Of a stretch of 64,000 bases of DNA, positions 13,248-25,101 are shown in pieces. The notes beneath the pieces were generated by a model. It had not been told where the DNA came from and made no database searches. It saw nothing but the letters and a program-made list of their open reading frames with translations. The position numbers and the translations under genes are program-made. Position 1 is the first letter of the stretch, and each line of letters begins with the position of its first letter. The stretch is from the NCBI RefSeq assembly GCF_030028105.1, contig NC_092380.1, positions 70,553,717 to 70,617,716 of the forward strand, written 5' to 3'. This DNA is from Mobula birostris (Eukaryota).

Positions 13248-13418
13248 CTGTGCAGAATGAATCTGACTGATATCAGTAATTGCAACTCTCATTCCCTATT
13301 CACAGACACTTCTGGTAGCAGATAACACGGGATCTGGTTGTTTACGTTGCAAAGTCATCAGCAAATAAACATGACTAATAATGTTATTAATGAGCAAAGT
13401 GAAAGATCTTTTTCTTAC

Positions 13419-13757
13419 CTGAAACAAGCATCTTTGAAGTCTTTTCACCTTTATTTGGGGTGACAAAAACAATGCAGGTATAATTTCCTTCTTCATTAAG
13501 TTGTACTTTCGGGAGGTAAAGTGAAGCATTTCCATTCTGTAATGCATCTTCAAAAATCTGTGCACCTCTTCTGTTAGGTTGATGAATCCCTCCATTAAAT
13601 ATATACAGATGCTTCTGAGATGTTTGAGATTCATAAGACCACTGAACAGCTACTTTGCTGAGATCATGTTCTGGTTTACTGTATATGCATTTTAGAAGAA
13701 CATCTTCATTTACTGAAACTTCCAGTGGAGAGGAAAATATCTCCAATTTCAAACCAC
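13419..13757 (-). CDS. NCR3LG1: B7-H6/NCR3LG1-like gene, IgV exon
   Basis: Acceptor ttttaaag|GT, donor TCAG|GTAAGA, 339 nt, phase 1-1. Has the V-set Cys/Trp/Cys pattern. The segment RRGAQIFEDALQNGNASLYLPKVQLNEEGNYTCIVFVTPNKGE resembles the B7-H6 V domain as I recall it (RPGA…[29 protein letters not shown]). Family assignment is from memory, not a database search. Confidence 0.9.
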
Positions 13758-14109
13758 CTTTAAAATAAGTTAAAGTAGTAAGTCATTGATTAGCTTTAAT
13801 ATCACAAATAGATGGAAGAATACATGATGAATGCTTAATCCATTTGTTGTTCAAACATGGTAGATTTGTCAGGATGGTGAAATTACGAAGTTTCAGGACA
13901 AGGCAGCTAACTGGTTACAAAATTGGTTTGATGGAAGGAAGCAGAGGTTACTAGTGGGGACTAACAGACAATCTGGAGGAAGAACTCAGAGGGTCGAGCA
14001 ATATCTGGTAGAAAAGGAATTGTCAACATCTTGGGTCTAAGCCCTACATCAGGGGGGATGTTAGTGGGTGGCTGTGTTTCAGAATGGAGGCCTGTGACCA
14101 GTGTGAATG

Positions 14110-16045
14110 AAATCCAATCACCCTCCGATTTTCTTTCTGCTGTCTTCTGCTGTTCTGCATCAGCAGATATTAAAAAGGGACCATGGCTGAGTAGTAGGAG
14201 GAATCACAATAAAAATATGCTGCTTTCCTTATGCTACTGTAGGTGTCATGGACATATGGGAATGGGAAGTGGAATTAAAATGGGTGGCCACTGAGAGATG
14301 CCACTTTTTCTGGTGGATGGAGCATAAGTGCTCGGTGAAGCGGACTCCCAATGTACATTGGATCTCACCGATATAAATGAGGCCACACCAGGAGCACCAG
14401 GTACAGTATATGACCCCAACAGACTCACAGGTGAAGTGTTGCCTCACCTGGAAGGACTGTTTGGACCCCTGAGTGGTAGTGAGGGACGAGGTGTAGGGGC
14501 AGGTGTAGCACTTGTTCTACTTGCAAGGATAAGTGCCAGGAGGGAGATAGTGGGGAGGGACTTTTCCTACACTACACTGATGACGGCATTGGTGCTGTTT
14601 CCTGCACCCATGCTGAACTTGTCAACTTCATTCATTTTGTCTCCAATTTCCACCCTGCCCTTAAATTTACCTGGCCCACTTCTGACACCTCGCTCCTCTT
14701 TCTCAATCGCTCTGTCTCTGTCTCTGAAGACAGATTATCTACTGATGTCTATTACAAAACCCACGGACTCTCACAACTACCTGGACTATACCTCCTCCCA
14801 TCCTGTTACTTGAAAAAACACCATCCCCTTCTCTTATTTCATCTGTCTCTGCCACATCTGCTCTCAGGATGAGGCTTTTCATTCCAGAATGTAGGAGATG
14901 TCCTCCTTCCTCAAAGAAAGTGATTTCCCTTCCTCCACCATCAACGCTGCCCACAACCGCATCTCTTCCATTTCATGCACATCTGCTGTCACCCCTTCCT
15001 GCTGCCACTGTACCAGAGATAGGGTTCCTTTTGTCCTCACCTACCACCCCACCAGTCTCCGCATCCAGAACATAATACCCCATAACTTCCACCATCTCCA
15101 ATGGGATCCCACCACGAAGAACAACTTTCCACCCCCCACTTTCTGCTTTCCACAGGGGTCATTCCCAAAGCAACTCCTTTGCCCATTCATCCCTCTCTAC
15201 TGATCTTCCTCCTGGTAATTATCCTTGCAAGTAGAACAAGTGCTACACCTGCCCCTACACCTCTTCCCTCACTACCATTCAGGGCCTCAATCAGTCCTTC
15301 CAGTGAAGGTGACACTTCATCTGTGAGTCTGTTGAGGTTATATACTGTGTACGGTGCTCCCAGTGTGGCCTCCTGTATATTGGTGAGACCCGACGTAGAT
15401 TGGGAGAGTTTCACCGAGCACCTACGGTCCATCCGCCAGAAGAAGTGGGATCTCCCAGTGGCCAACCGTTTTAATACCACGACCCATTCCCATTCCGATA
15501 CGTCCATCCATGGCCACCTCCACTGTCGTCATGACGCCACATTTAGGTTGGAGGAACAACACCCTATACTCCGTTTGGGTAACCTCTAACCTGATGGCAG
15601 GAACTTTGATTTCTAGAACTTCCAGTAATGCCCCCCCTTCACCTTTCCCCATCCCCTTTTCCCTCTCTCACCTTATCTCCTCTCCCGCCCATTGTCTCCC
15701 TGTGGTGTTCCTCCTTCCTCTTCTTTCTTCCATGGCCTTCTGTTCTGTTCTATCAGACTCCCCCTTCTTCAGCCCCGTATCTCTTTCACCAATCAACTTC
15801 CCAGCTCTTTTCTTCATCCCTCCCCCTTCAGGTTTCACCTATCACCTTGTGTGTCTCTCTCCCCTCCCCGATGTTTTAAATCCAGTCCTCAGCTTTTCTT
15901 CTCCAGTCCTGCCGAAGGGTCTCGGCCCAAATCGTTGACTGTACTTTTTTCCATAGATGCTGCCTGGCCTGCTGAGTTCCTCCAGCATTTTGTGTGTGTT
16001 GCTCAGATTTCCAGCATCTGCAGATTTCCTCTTGTTTGCGATTGG
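14110..16045 (+). mobile_element. Penelope-like element with inverted 5' segment
   Basis: RT C-terminus (KPTDSHNYLDYTSSHP) and GIY-YIG (FTCESVGVIYC…LYIGE). 14225-14560 is an inverted copy of about 15180-15530. Decayed hammerhead at 15904-15941. Confidence 0.85.
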
Positions 16046-17080
16046 ATTCCCTCAGGGTATTATTATTCTATGGATAGGTTGGTAGGACTGTCCTTTCAGA
16101 ACAGTGGAGTCAAAGGGCCATAGAGATATACATCAGAGGGAAAAAGCCTCTTGCACGTGATGAACAAGGTGTCCTCCTGAGTTAGTCCCTTTTTTCTGCA
16201 TTTAGTCCACATCCCTCTCAGCCTTTCCTATCCATGAGCCTATCCAAATGTCTTCTAAACATTGTAATTGTACCCTCGAGCAGCTTGACTCATATACCCA
16301 CAACGGTCTGTGTGAAAAACTTGCAGCTCAGTTCCCTATTAATTTTTTATAAAGCTGCAACATGGCGTCAGAACTCTCGTACTCAATGCCCCATGTGCTG
16401 AAGTAAGGCACGCCCAATTCCTTTTTTGTCATATAGTATACCTGTGTCACCATTTTTGGGGAACTACAAATGTACTCGTTCCTCTAGGCCTCTCTATTCC
16501 ACAATAAGCCCCAGGTTCCTGTTGTTGACTGTTCATGTACTGCACTGATATACTTTTCCAAAATGCATTACCTCAGACTTCAAACATAAAACATGAAACA
16601 TACTGTAGAACACCACAGCACAGTACAGGCCCTTCATCCTACAATGTTGTACCAACCTTGTAAACTATTCTAAGATCAATCTAACCCTTCCCTCCTACAT
16701 AGCTCTCCACTTTCCAGTCATCCATGTGCTTACCTTAGAGTTTCTTAAATTGCCTTAGTGTACTTGATTCTACCACTTTGTTATGTTTTGTAATTCCAAA
16801 CAACACAGAGATTTTTACTCCCTCGCGTTGTGGGATGGATGTAAGATTTAAACAAACAAACAAATAAATAAACTTGAAAGACAAGCAAGGGCACTTGAGC
16901 GATGTGTGTAAACTTTATCTAGTTAAGTTCCACCTGCCTTTCCTTTGCTCATTCTGCTAGTTGGTTAAGTTCCTGAGGTAATCTTAGACAAGCTTCATGA
17001 CTGTCTACCACACTAATTTTAGTGTCGCCCACAAACTTACGACTCGTGCCACCTACCTCCTCATCTAAATCATTAATATA

Positions 17081-17633
17081 CACTCAGTGGCCACTTTACC
17101 AGGTATCTCCTGTACCTAATAAAGTGGCCACGGTGTGTATGTTCATGGTCTTATGCTGCTGAAGCCCATCCTCTTCAAGATTTGACGTGTTGTGCATGCA
17201 GAGATAACTTTCTGCACACACTATTGTAATGTGTGATTATCTGAGTTACTGTCACCTTCCTGTCAGCTTGAACCTGTCTGGACATTCTCCTGTGACCTCG
17301 CTCATTATCAAGGAGTTCCCACCCACACAGATACCACTGACTGGATGATTTTTTTGATTTCGTACCACTCTCTGTAAAGTTTAGAAACTGCTGTGCCAGA
17401 AAATCAGGGAAGATCAGCAGTTTCTGAGATACTCAAACCACCCCATCTGGCATGAATAATTACTCCACTGCCAAAGTCACTTAGGTCACATTTCTTCCCC
17501 ATTTTGATATTTGGTCTGAACAACAACTGAACACTTTGACTATGTCTGCATGCTTTTATGCATTGAGCTGCTGCCATGTGATTGCATTAGAGAGCAGGTG
17601 TACAGGTCTACCTAATAAAATGACAACTAAGTG
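17081..17633. mobile_element. Tc1-type non-autonomous DNA transposon
   Basis: TA|CACTCAGTGGCCACTTT… and …ACTAAGTG|TA termini. Related to the copy at 31153. Confidence 0.75.
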
Positions 17634-18996
17634 TATTCGACAAATAGCAGAGGACCCAGACATCAATCTCTCAGCATACCACTGGTCATATCAACTTAAA
17701 GAAACCGAAATGGAATGAGCTTTATCAATACTATTTAGAAATAATAAACTTACACTGTCCTACAAGCATCAATAACCCTGAACTTTTATTTAAAACAACA
17801 CTTGTATCAGGATGAGGACTTCTCTCAGGTGAAAATTCCACAGCTCCAATTTATGGTTAACTTGCAGAATGCCACATTTCTTCACTCACATTCCAGTACC
17901 AAACCTCATCATGCTGGTAAACTACAAGCTCCAAGGTCACAATATTTGCTATCGTAACTCAGGAAGTCAGATACTTTGACATTGACAATTGCAGCACTGA
18001 GTAAGACACGTCAGGCAAAAGGTGAGCAATTTGAACAAGGCCACGAATAATCTTTTATCTGAAAGCATGAAAAGGAAGAGGAAAGTTGGCTAATGTACAT
18101 CCAGAAAACTTGCCACTGATTTGGAACAGTTTCTTGGTAAAGTCAGGTTTTTACCAATGAAGACCATTTCAGTTCCATGCACTTTGATTACACACTGAAA
18201 TTGATCTATTGTTCACTTACTCAAGACACCAAGAAATATTTATCATTGTCTAATCCTCAACCATTTAAGTACTATAGAGTTTAAAAAATTAGTAAGAAAA
18301 GATAGTGACATTATTGCAGTACACATTAAATGGTACTTTTATGAATATGCATTATTAAGCAATACTTTAGTAATTATTAAAGGAATAAAGGGAAATGTAC
18401 AGAGAAAATATACATTCATTTTTGTGCATACGTTCGTGTACGGATACATTTAAGTATCTGAAAAGTGTAAATTAGGTAATACCGAACTAATAACTGGAAT
18501 TATAAGCAACACAACTGGCATAGAGATCAAATTCCACCATTTGTGTAATTTTCTTCTGTACAGCTTACAGATCGTGAAGCAACAATACAGTATGGATTTG
18601 TTGATATAGTACAAGATATATTTCCCTGAAATTGTATACAAAGTGTGGTGTAAGGAAGAGGAAGGAGATTGTGAAAGCATAAGCTACCTCTCTTGCAGGT
18701 AACGTCTATATTTTGATGAGATTTTCAGAATGAATATCCTTAAAGCTTATAGTTTAATGCTGCCTTAAAATTGTTGGAAACTTTTTTTAAAATAGTTTTT
18801 AATTAATAATATCTGAAATCTTTAAAGTTTTGATAAATCACTAAGATCGACACATGCTGTGGCAAAAGGCAGGTTTTACAAGTGCTTTGGAAAACCTTCC
18901 TAAAGGAAAACAGCAATTCATGATCCACATTTGATTGTCCAGGCTAGCAATGTTTTTAACTTTGACCCAAGAGAATGCAAACCTCTGGTGTCTTAC

Positions 18997-19048
18997 CTGA
19001 ATATAAAATGGAAGACATCACAAGGGCGGACAGACTTAAGATTCCCAT
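18997..19048 (-). CDS. NCR3LG1: B7-H6/NCR3LG1-like gene, exon 1 (signal peptide MGILSLSALVMSSILYS)
   Basis: ATG at 19048 has A at -3 and G at +4. It is followed by 17 hydrophobic codons plus 1 nt, then a strong donor CAG|GTAAGA. The phase-1 end joins the V exon in frame (…ILYS-G-GLKLEIF). Confidence 0.85.
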
Positions 19049-19116
19049 TATTAAAACAGAAGATTTTCTTTCCTGTGCTGCCGGTTCTTGCAGATCTTCA
19101 GTTTCAAAAGATTATT

Positions 19117-19128
19117 AGTTTCACTTTC
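19117..19128. promoter_or_regulatory. ISRE/IRF-binding element upstream of the B7-H6-like gene
   Basis: AGTTTCACTTTC matches the ISRE consensus AGTTTCNNTTTC exactly and lies 69-80 nt upstream of the ATG. Confidence 0.6.
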
Positions 19129-19394
19129 ATCATTTCTGCACCTTAGTCTGTGGACAATGAACTGAACCAATATAACAGTAAAGTCTTTGTTGACTGACAG
19201 ATATTTTATTCGTGGAGACATCAAATATGGTAAGGTTTTCCTGACTGATTTCTGTCAGATTGTAAATTTGTACACAACAATTCTTTAAACTGCTGCAGTC
19301 TAGAGATATTTCTGGAATGAACGCCCACATTCCTCAAAACAGCTGAACTTTCTTTGCCTCAGTTTGGTAGATATGGAATCACTTATTATTTATT

Positions 19395-19810
19395 TACAGC
19401 ACACACTGCATCCTCAAAGCAAACAGCATTATGAAGGACCCCATGCACCCCTCATACAAACTCTTCCCCATCCTGCCATCTGGCAAAAGGCACCAAAGCA
19501 TTCGGGCTCTCATGACCAGACTATGTAACAGTTTCTTCCCCCAAGCCATCAGACTCCTCAATACCCAGAGCCTGGACTGACACCAACCTACTGCCATCTA
19601 CTGTGCATACTGTTTTGTTTATTATTTATTGTAATGCCTGCACTGTTTTGTGCACTTTATGCAGTCCTGGGTAGGTCTGTAGTCTAGTGTAGTTTTTGTA
19701 TTGTTTCATGTAGCACTATGGTGCTGAAAAATTTTGTCTCGTTTTTACTGTGTAACTGTACCAGCAGTTATAGTCAAAATGACAATAAAAAGTGACTTGA
19801 CTTCACTTGA
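19395..19810 (+). mobile_element. Rex1/Babar LINE 3' end with (GACTT)n tail
   Basis: ORF2 C-terminus antisense to ORF 19394-19597; aataaaa followed by gtgacttgacttcacttga. Confidence 0.75.
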
Positions 19811-20027
19811 ACACGAGGAAATCTATAGATGCTGGAATTTCAAGCAACACACATCAAAGTTGCTGGTGAATGCAGCAGGCCAGGCAGCATCTCTAGGAAG
19901 AGGTACAGCCGACGTTTCGGGCCGGGACCTGATGAAGGGTCTCGGCCCAAAACGTCGACTGTACCTCTTCCTAGAGATGCTGCCTGGCCTGCTGCGTTCC
20001 CCAGCAACTTTTATGTGTGTTGCTTGA
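19811..20027. repeat. Inverted repeat made of two head-to-head Penelope tail/hammerhead segments
   Basis: Arms 19840-19929 and 19938-20027 (84/90 complementary) with an 8-nt loop TGATGAAG. Confidence 0.9.
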
Positions 20028-20179
20028 CTTGACTTGACTTGACTTATTAACACTGAAAGAAAACATGTTCAGGTAGGGCAGGCAACACTGAATATTGACA
20101 ATTGCCCTTTTTTTTTGCTGATGATCACATGCACTGACATTCACCAATTTAAGCAATATATAAGTTTGCTGGTCACACA

Positions 20180-20960
20180 ACTGCCAAATCAAAAGTGGTG
20201 ATGAATTGGCATGTAGGAAGGAGATTGAAAATCTGGCTTTATAGTGCCTCAACAACCTCTCTCTCAACATCAGCAAAACCAAAGGGTTGATTATTAACTA
20301 CAGGAGGAAGAAATTGGACGTCCATGTTCCAATTCTCATTAGGAGATCAAAGGTAGAGAGGTCAGAACTTTAAATTTCTGGCTGATACCATTTCAGAGGA
20401 TCTGCTCTGGACCACCTCATAGGTACCATTGCAAGGAAGGCGTGACAGTCCCTCTGGTTTCTTAGAAATTTGTTCAGGTTCAGCATGTCATCGGAAACTT
20501 CAACAAACATTTATTGATGTACAGTGAAGAGTATCCTAGCTGGTTGCATAAAGGCCTGGAATGGAAACACCAATGCCCAATTATAGAAAAGCATACAAAA
20601 ATCAGTAGATACAGCCCAGTCCGTCACAGGCAAAACCCTCCCTACCACTGAGCACATCTAGAAGGATCACTGCCGTGATAAAGCAGTATCCATTTTCAAG
20701 GACCTCCACCAGCCAAACTATGTTTTCTTCTCGTGGCTGCCATCGGGAAGGAGGTACAGAGCTCAGGTCCCACTCTACCAGGTTATTACTCTTTAGCCAT
20801 CAGGCTCCTGATCTAGCATGAATAACCTCAACACTATACTGATGTCACAACCAATGGACACATTTTCAAGGACTCTACAACTCATGTTCACAGTATTACT
20901 TATATACCCATTTATTATTGTTATAATATTAATTACTATTATTATTATTATTATTATGTG
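20180..20960 (+). mobile_element. Rex1/Babar LINE 3' fragment, decayed
   Basis: Colinear with 10500-11050. Confidence 0.7.
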
Positions 20961-20964
20961 TGCT

Positions 20965-22110
20965 TGCCCCCACCCTGTTTGGCATCTGCTTCACAGTCAT
21001 GCTGAAGCACACCTTTGGAACATCAACTGATGGTGTCTACCTCCACACCAGATCGGACGGGAGGCTGTTCAGACTGTCCCGGCTGAGGGCGAAAACCAAG
21101 GTTCATGAAGTACTCATCAGGGACATGCTGTGTGTAGACGACACGACACTGGCAACACACTCTGAAGAGCAACTGCAATGCCTCATGGACAGCTTCTCAA
21201 GAGCCTGCTAGGACTTCAGCTTGACCATCAGCCTGAAGTGTTGTGCCAAGGCGTTGAGCACCCTCCTGCCATTACCATCAACAACTACGAGCTGGAGGTA
21301 GTTCACGAGTTTACATACCTTGGCTCCACCATCACGGACAGTCTCTCCCTAGAACCCGAGATCAACAGGTGGAACGGACAAGCAGCCTGAACATTCACCA
21401 GCCTGACAAAGAGAGTCTGGGAGAACAGAAAGCTGATAACGCACACCAAGGTTGTAGTCCACAGGGCCTGTGTCCTCAGCACACTGCTTTATGGCAGAGA
21501 GACCTGGAGCCTCTACTCCAGACAAGAGCGGCGTCTCAACACCTTCCACCTTCACAGCCTGAGACGCATCCTAGACATCAAGTGGACTGACCGAGTCACC
21601 AACAATGAGGTCCTGGCCCATGCCCAGATACCCAGCCTCTTCACCCTGCTCCAACAACGCCGTCTGCGCTGGCTGGGCCACGTACACCACATGTCAGATG
21701 GGAGGATCCCGAAAGACCTCCTGTACGGGGAACTGGCCTCCGGCAAGAGAGCACAAGGGCAGCCCCATCTTCGTTTCAAAGATGTCTGCAACAGAGACAT
21801 GAAGTCACTGAATATGAACGTTGAGAGGTGGGAGGACATTGCATGTGATCGCTCTTGCTGGAGGCTGGAACTACGCAGAGGTCTAAAAAGAGGAGAAGAA
21901 AAGCTGAGGCTTGCTGCTGTAGAAAAGCGTACTCGCCAAAAAAACAGCACCAAGGCAACACTGGAGGACAGTGCCTTCAAGTGCAGTCACTGCAGCCGAG
22001 ACTGTCACACCTGTGTGGGCCTCTACAGCCACAACAGACGCTGCTCTAACACAGACTGAAGCAAGACTTTCCAGGTGCAGATCATGGTCTCGCGAGACTA
22101 ACGGATGCCA
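20965..22110 (+). mobile_element. RTE-clade (BovB/Expander-like) LINE 3' part
   Basis: VLAPTLFGI…DGRLFRLSRLRAKTKV…RDMLCVDD and MSDGRIPKDLLYGELASGKR…FKCSHCSRDCHTCVGLYSHNRRC. Ends in cgagactaacggatgcc. Confidence 0.9.
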
Positions 22111-22714
22111 CCAATATGTTTTTTCAGAGCTCCAGCTGGTAAAACTTCAGATATAGGCAGAGTCAAGCATACTGCTTTCTCAATTGCTCAAAACCTTTGG
22201 ACTATTCTAGTGCTGTTTAGTATTGTGGCTTTCGAGCTATTTGCATAAATATTGCCGTGTAGGCCTAATTGTTTAATGCTATTTTGTAGTGAATTTGGAC
22301 GATACCACTTGTAGATGTTACAACTGAGAGCATGTGTACCCTGTTCGTGTTCCACTGTCTCTCAATTTCATCTTTTAATTCAGCATATTTCTGGTGTTTT
22401 TCACTTATTGATTTCTGTATGCTATGTGAGTTTGGAAGTAAGTTGTTCTTGCTTGTTTATCCTGTAAAAAAAATAAATAAATAAATATATATCTCCGGAT
22501 AATTATTATGGATTGTCCTTTATGTAATCAAGGATTGCTTATAATATCCAAGCACAAACAACAGAAAATTGGCATATGCTGGAAATCCAAGATGCTGGAG
22601 GGTCCTTCCAAAGGGTCTCTGCCCAAAACATCAACTGTACTCTTTTCCATAGATGCTGCCTGGCCTTCTGAGTTCCTCCAGCATTTTGTGTGTGTTGCTT
22701 GTAATATACTGTAA

Positions 22715-23789
22715 CTTTAGAACTCTGACTATAAAACTGGATCAGGCTTGTATTTATAATAAGGTATGGTGTCTTTTATGAGTTTGTATCTTAACTCAAG
22801 ATTTTGGTGAATGATGTGTCTCTGTAAGTAATCAGATTGTGTTAAACTGCTACAGGATCCTGTAATGTGCTGCATTGTTTCTGGTTTCTCTTGGCATTTT
22901 CTGCACTTATCATTTTGAATTTGTTGGGTTTTTAACATATTTTTGATTTTTATGTGTGTTAACCACCTGGTCCTATATTGTTACAAGGAACCTCTCTGTT
23001 TCTGGGAAGCGGTCTCCAACTCTGATCCAGGTGTTTGACACTTCATTGTCGACATCTAGTCTGCTCAGATTGTGGGGATGTCTTCCATTAAGGGTCATGC
23101 TCATCTATAGTGATAACTTTTTCATTTTTCTGGGTTGTGCTTTCATTTAAGTTTAGTTCTTCTTATCAGAATTACACATGTTCTCATGGAGTGTGGAATT
23201 CTATTTTTGTTGATGAAAATACATCCTGAGAAGTTTTACCTGACTGTTGTGTAAATGTTTTATGCCTGTTATTCCTCTTCCTCCTTCTGTCCTAGATAGC
23301 GTTAAAGCAAGTGCGCTCGAGTGTACATTGTGTTTGTCATTTCAGTTCTTATTTTTCTTTGTAAATTTTCCAGATCGGTTTTGGACCAAGATATTATGCC
23401 AAAGGAATATGTTAATATGGGTATATTGAAAGTGTTTATTGCCTTTGTAATATTTTTTCTATTGAGCTCTGTCTGGCAGATTTTCTTCAGCCTGATGTAA
23501 ATTCTTTTGAAAGTTTCCCCTTTATTGCAATATGATCTAGTTACTTTACTTGTTGATATCCCAGATACTTGTATGTTTCATTTTCATCCATTGGTTGTAC
23601 TATATCCTGCTGCTCTGTTTTATATTCGACTAGCTCTATTGCACCTTTCTTTATGTTTGAGTATAAAGTTCATGTTGATATCTTTAGTTCTGCTCTTTGA
23701 ATTACTGATAAAGGAGCATATAATTTCAGATTGTCTATGTACAGTATGCAAGGTGTGTCAAGGTATAATTCATTAAGTTGTCTCTGATT
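22715..23789 (-). mobile_element. R4/Dong/Rex6-like LINE, distal part
   Basis: Zinc-knuckle CRKCQEKPETMQHITGSC; decayed RT core near 23740 (YIDNLKLYAP). Confidence 0.7.
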
Positions 23790-25101
23790 TGTTACCCTAC
23801 TTTCATCCAATTCAGTAATTTAGGGAGTGGGTTTAAAGCGAAACAAACCCATGGAAACCCAGGTGTAGGCTTTCGTAAATAAAACAGCCGAGGTGCTTTC
23901 CATTTAAGGAAAACCGTAACAACAACTTTATTCTCAACCAAGCACAGAACACAAAGTGCAGTAAAAAACTTTGTCATTACCTCATCAGGTCAGAGCAGCC
24001 TCTTAAAGTGAACCCCAGTTCAATGTAGGCGGTTCTGAGTTATGTACGTTTCCACCCATTATGTTACCCTACACAGGCCCCCCAGGATCCACCAGAACCG
24101 GCATTGTGAGCCTGTCTGGAGCCTGGACAAGCTTCCCGGCTCAGGTCTGATGTCCCAAGGGTGGAGGAACAGCAGGTGCCTCTGGCTTGTCCAGACGTAT
24201 GGTGACACACTCATGGTCATGTCGTGACGCTGGGAGTATGGGAGCAGAATCCTTCAAATGTTGGTGGGCTAATTGAAGGCTATCTACTGAAATACATTCC
24301 GATTTACCTGTCCTATCTGTGATTAAAGTCTTTTCTCTCTGTTCCAAAATGCAGAACAGGCCATCATAAGGGGGTCTAAAGGGATGTTGGTGTGCATCAC
24401 GATCGATGAAAATGAATGAGGCAGAACGTGGGTCAACAGGAATCCAAGAGTACTGTCTGTCATGATGGGGGGTAGGAATAGGTACAAAGGAATTGAGTTT
24501 ACAGAGAAGGGCAGAAAGCTGTTGAGAGGCTGACCAGACAGACATAGCATTAGGAATAAAATCATCTGGCACTCAAAACAGCTGTACACATACCAGGTCA
24601 ACCACGGACGACTGCAGGTCCTCTTTTGGAGCCCTTCTGAGCCCCAGAAGGACCCAGGGGTGGTGATCATGATCAGTCAGAGAAGCGGTGAAACTGCTCA
24701 CTTCAGCCATTGGACTGCGGGTGATACAGCATGATGTGATGTAGCCTAACACCGAGGTTCTGGGCCGTTGCACTCCACAGGCTGGTGTGAATTGGGGACC
24801 ACGGTCAGGGGAAATATCAGATGGAGTGCCAAACCCAGCTGCTGATGAATAGTCAAGCCATGTCAGTGGCCTCCCACGATGCTAGAGGGATGACCTTGGG
24901 CCACCTGGTGGTACTGTCCACCACGATAAGGAGGTGCATGACACCATGAGAAGGGGGAAGAGGACCAAATAAGTCCACACTGACATGGTCAAACCATCGC
25001 TCAGGGATCTGCTGGTGCCAATGGTGCTCGACCACGATGGCTAATTTTTGCCTACTGGCACTAAACGCAGGCTGCACTCCAATCACACACATCCTTTCTA
25101 A

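Noticed and set aside
17963-18021. Plus-strand exon-like segment ending AAAAG|GTGAGC inside B7-H6 intron 1
   Set aside because: Isolated, no in-phase partners or homology; within chance expectation.
18569-18680. Alternative leader candidate (MLSQ…ILYCCFTI, T|GTAAGC donor, phase 1)
   Set aside because: Poor signal-peptide character and weaker donor than 18997-19048. Could at most be a minor cryptic exon.
19790-20045. Short repeated units (GACTT)n; also repeat arrays inside the solo LTRs, superficially CRISPR-like
   Set aside because: Eukaryotic DNA, no unique spacers and no cas genes. They are LINE tails and LTR-internal repeats.
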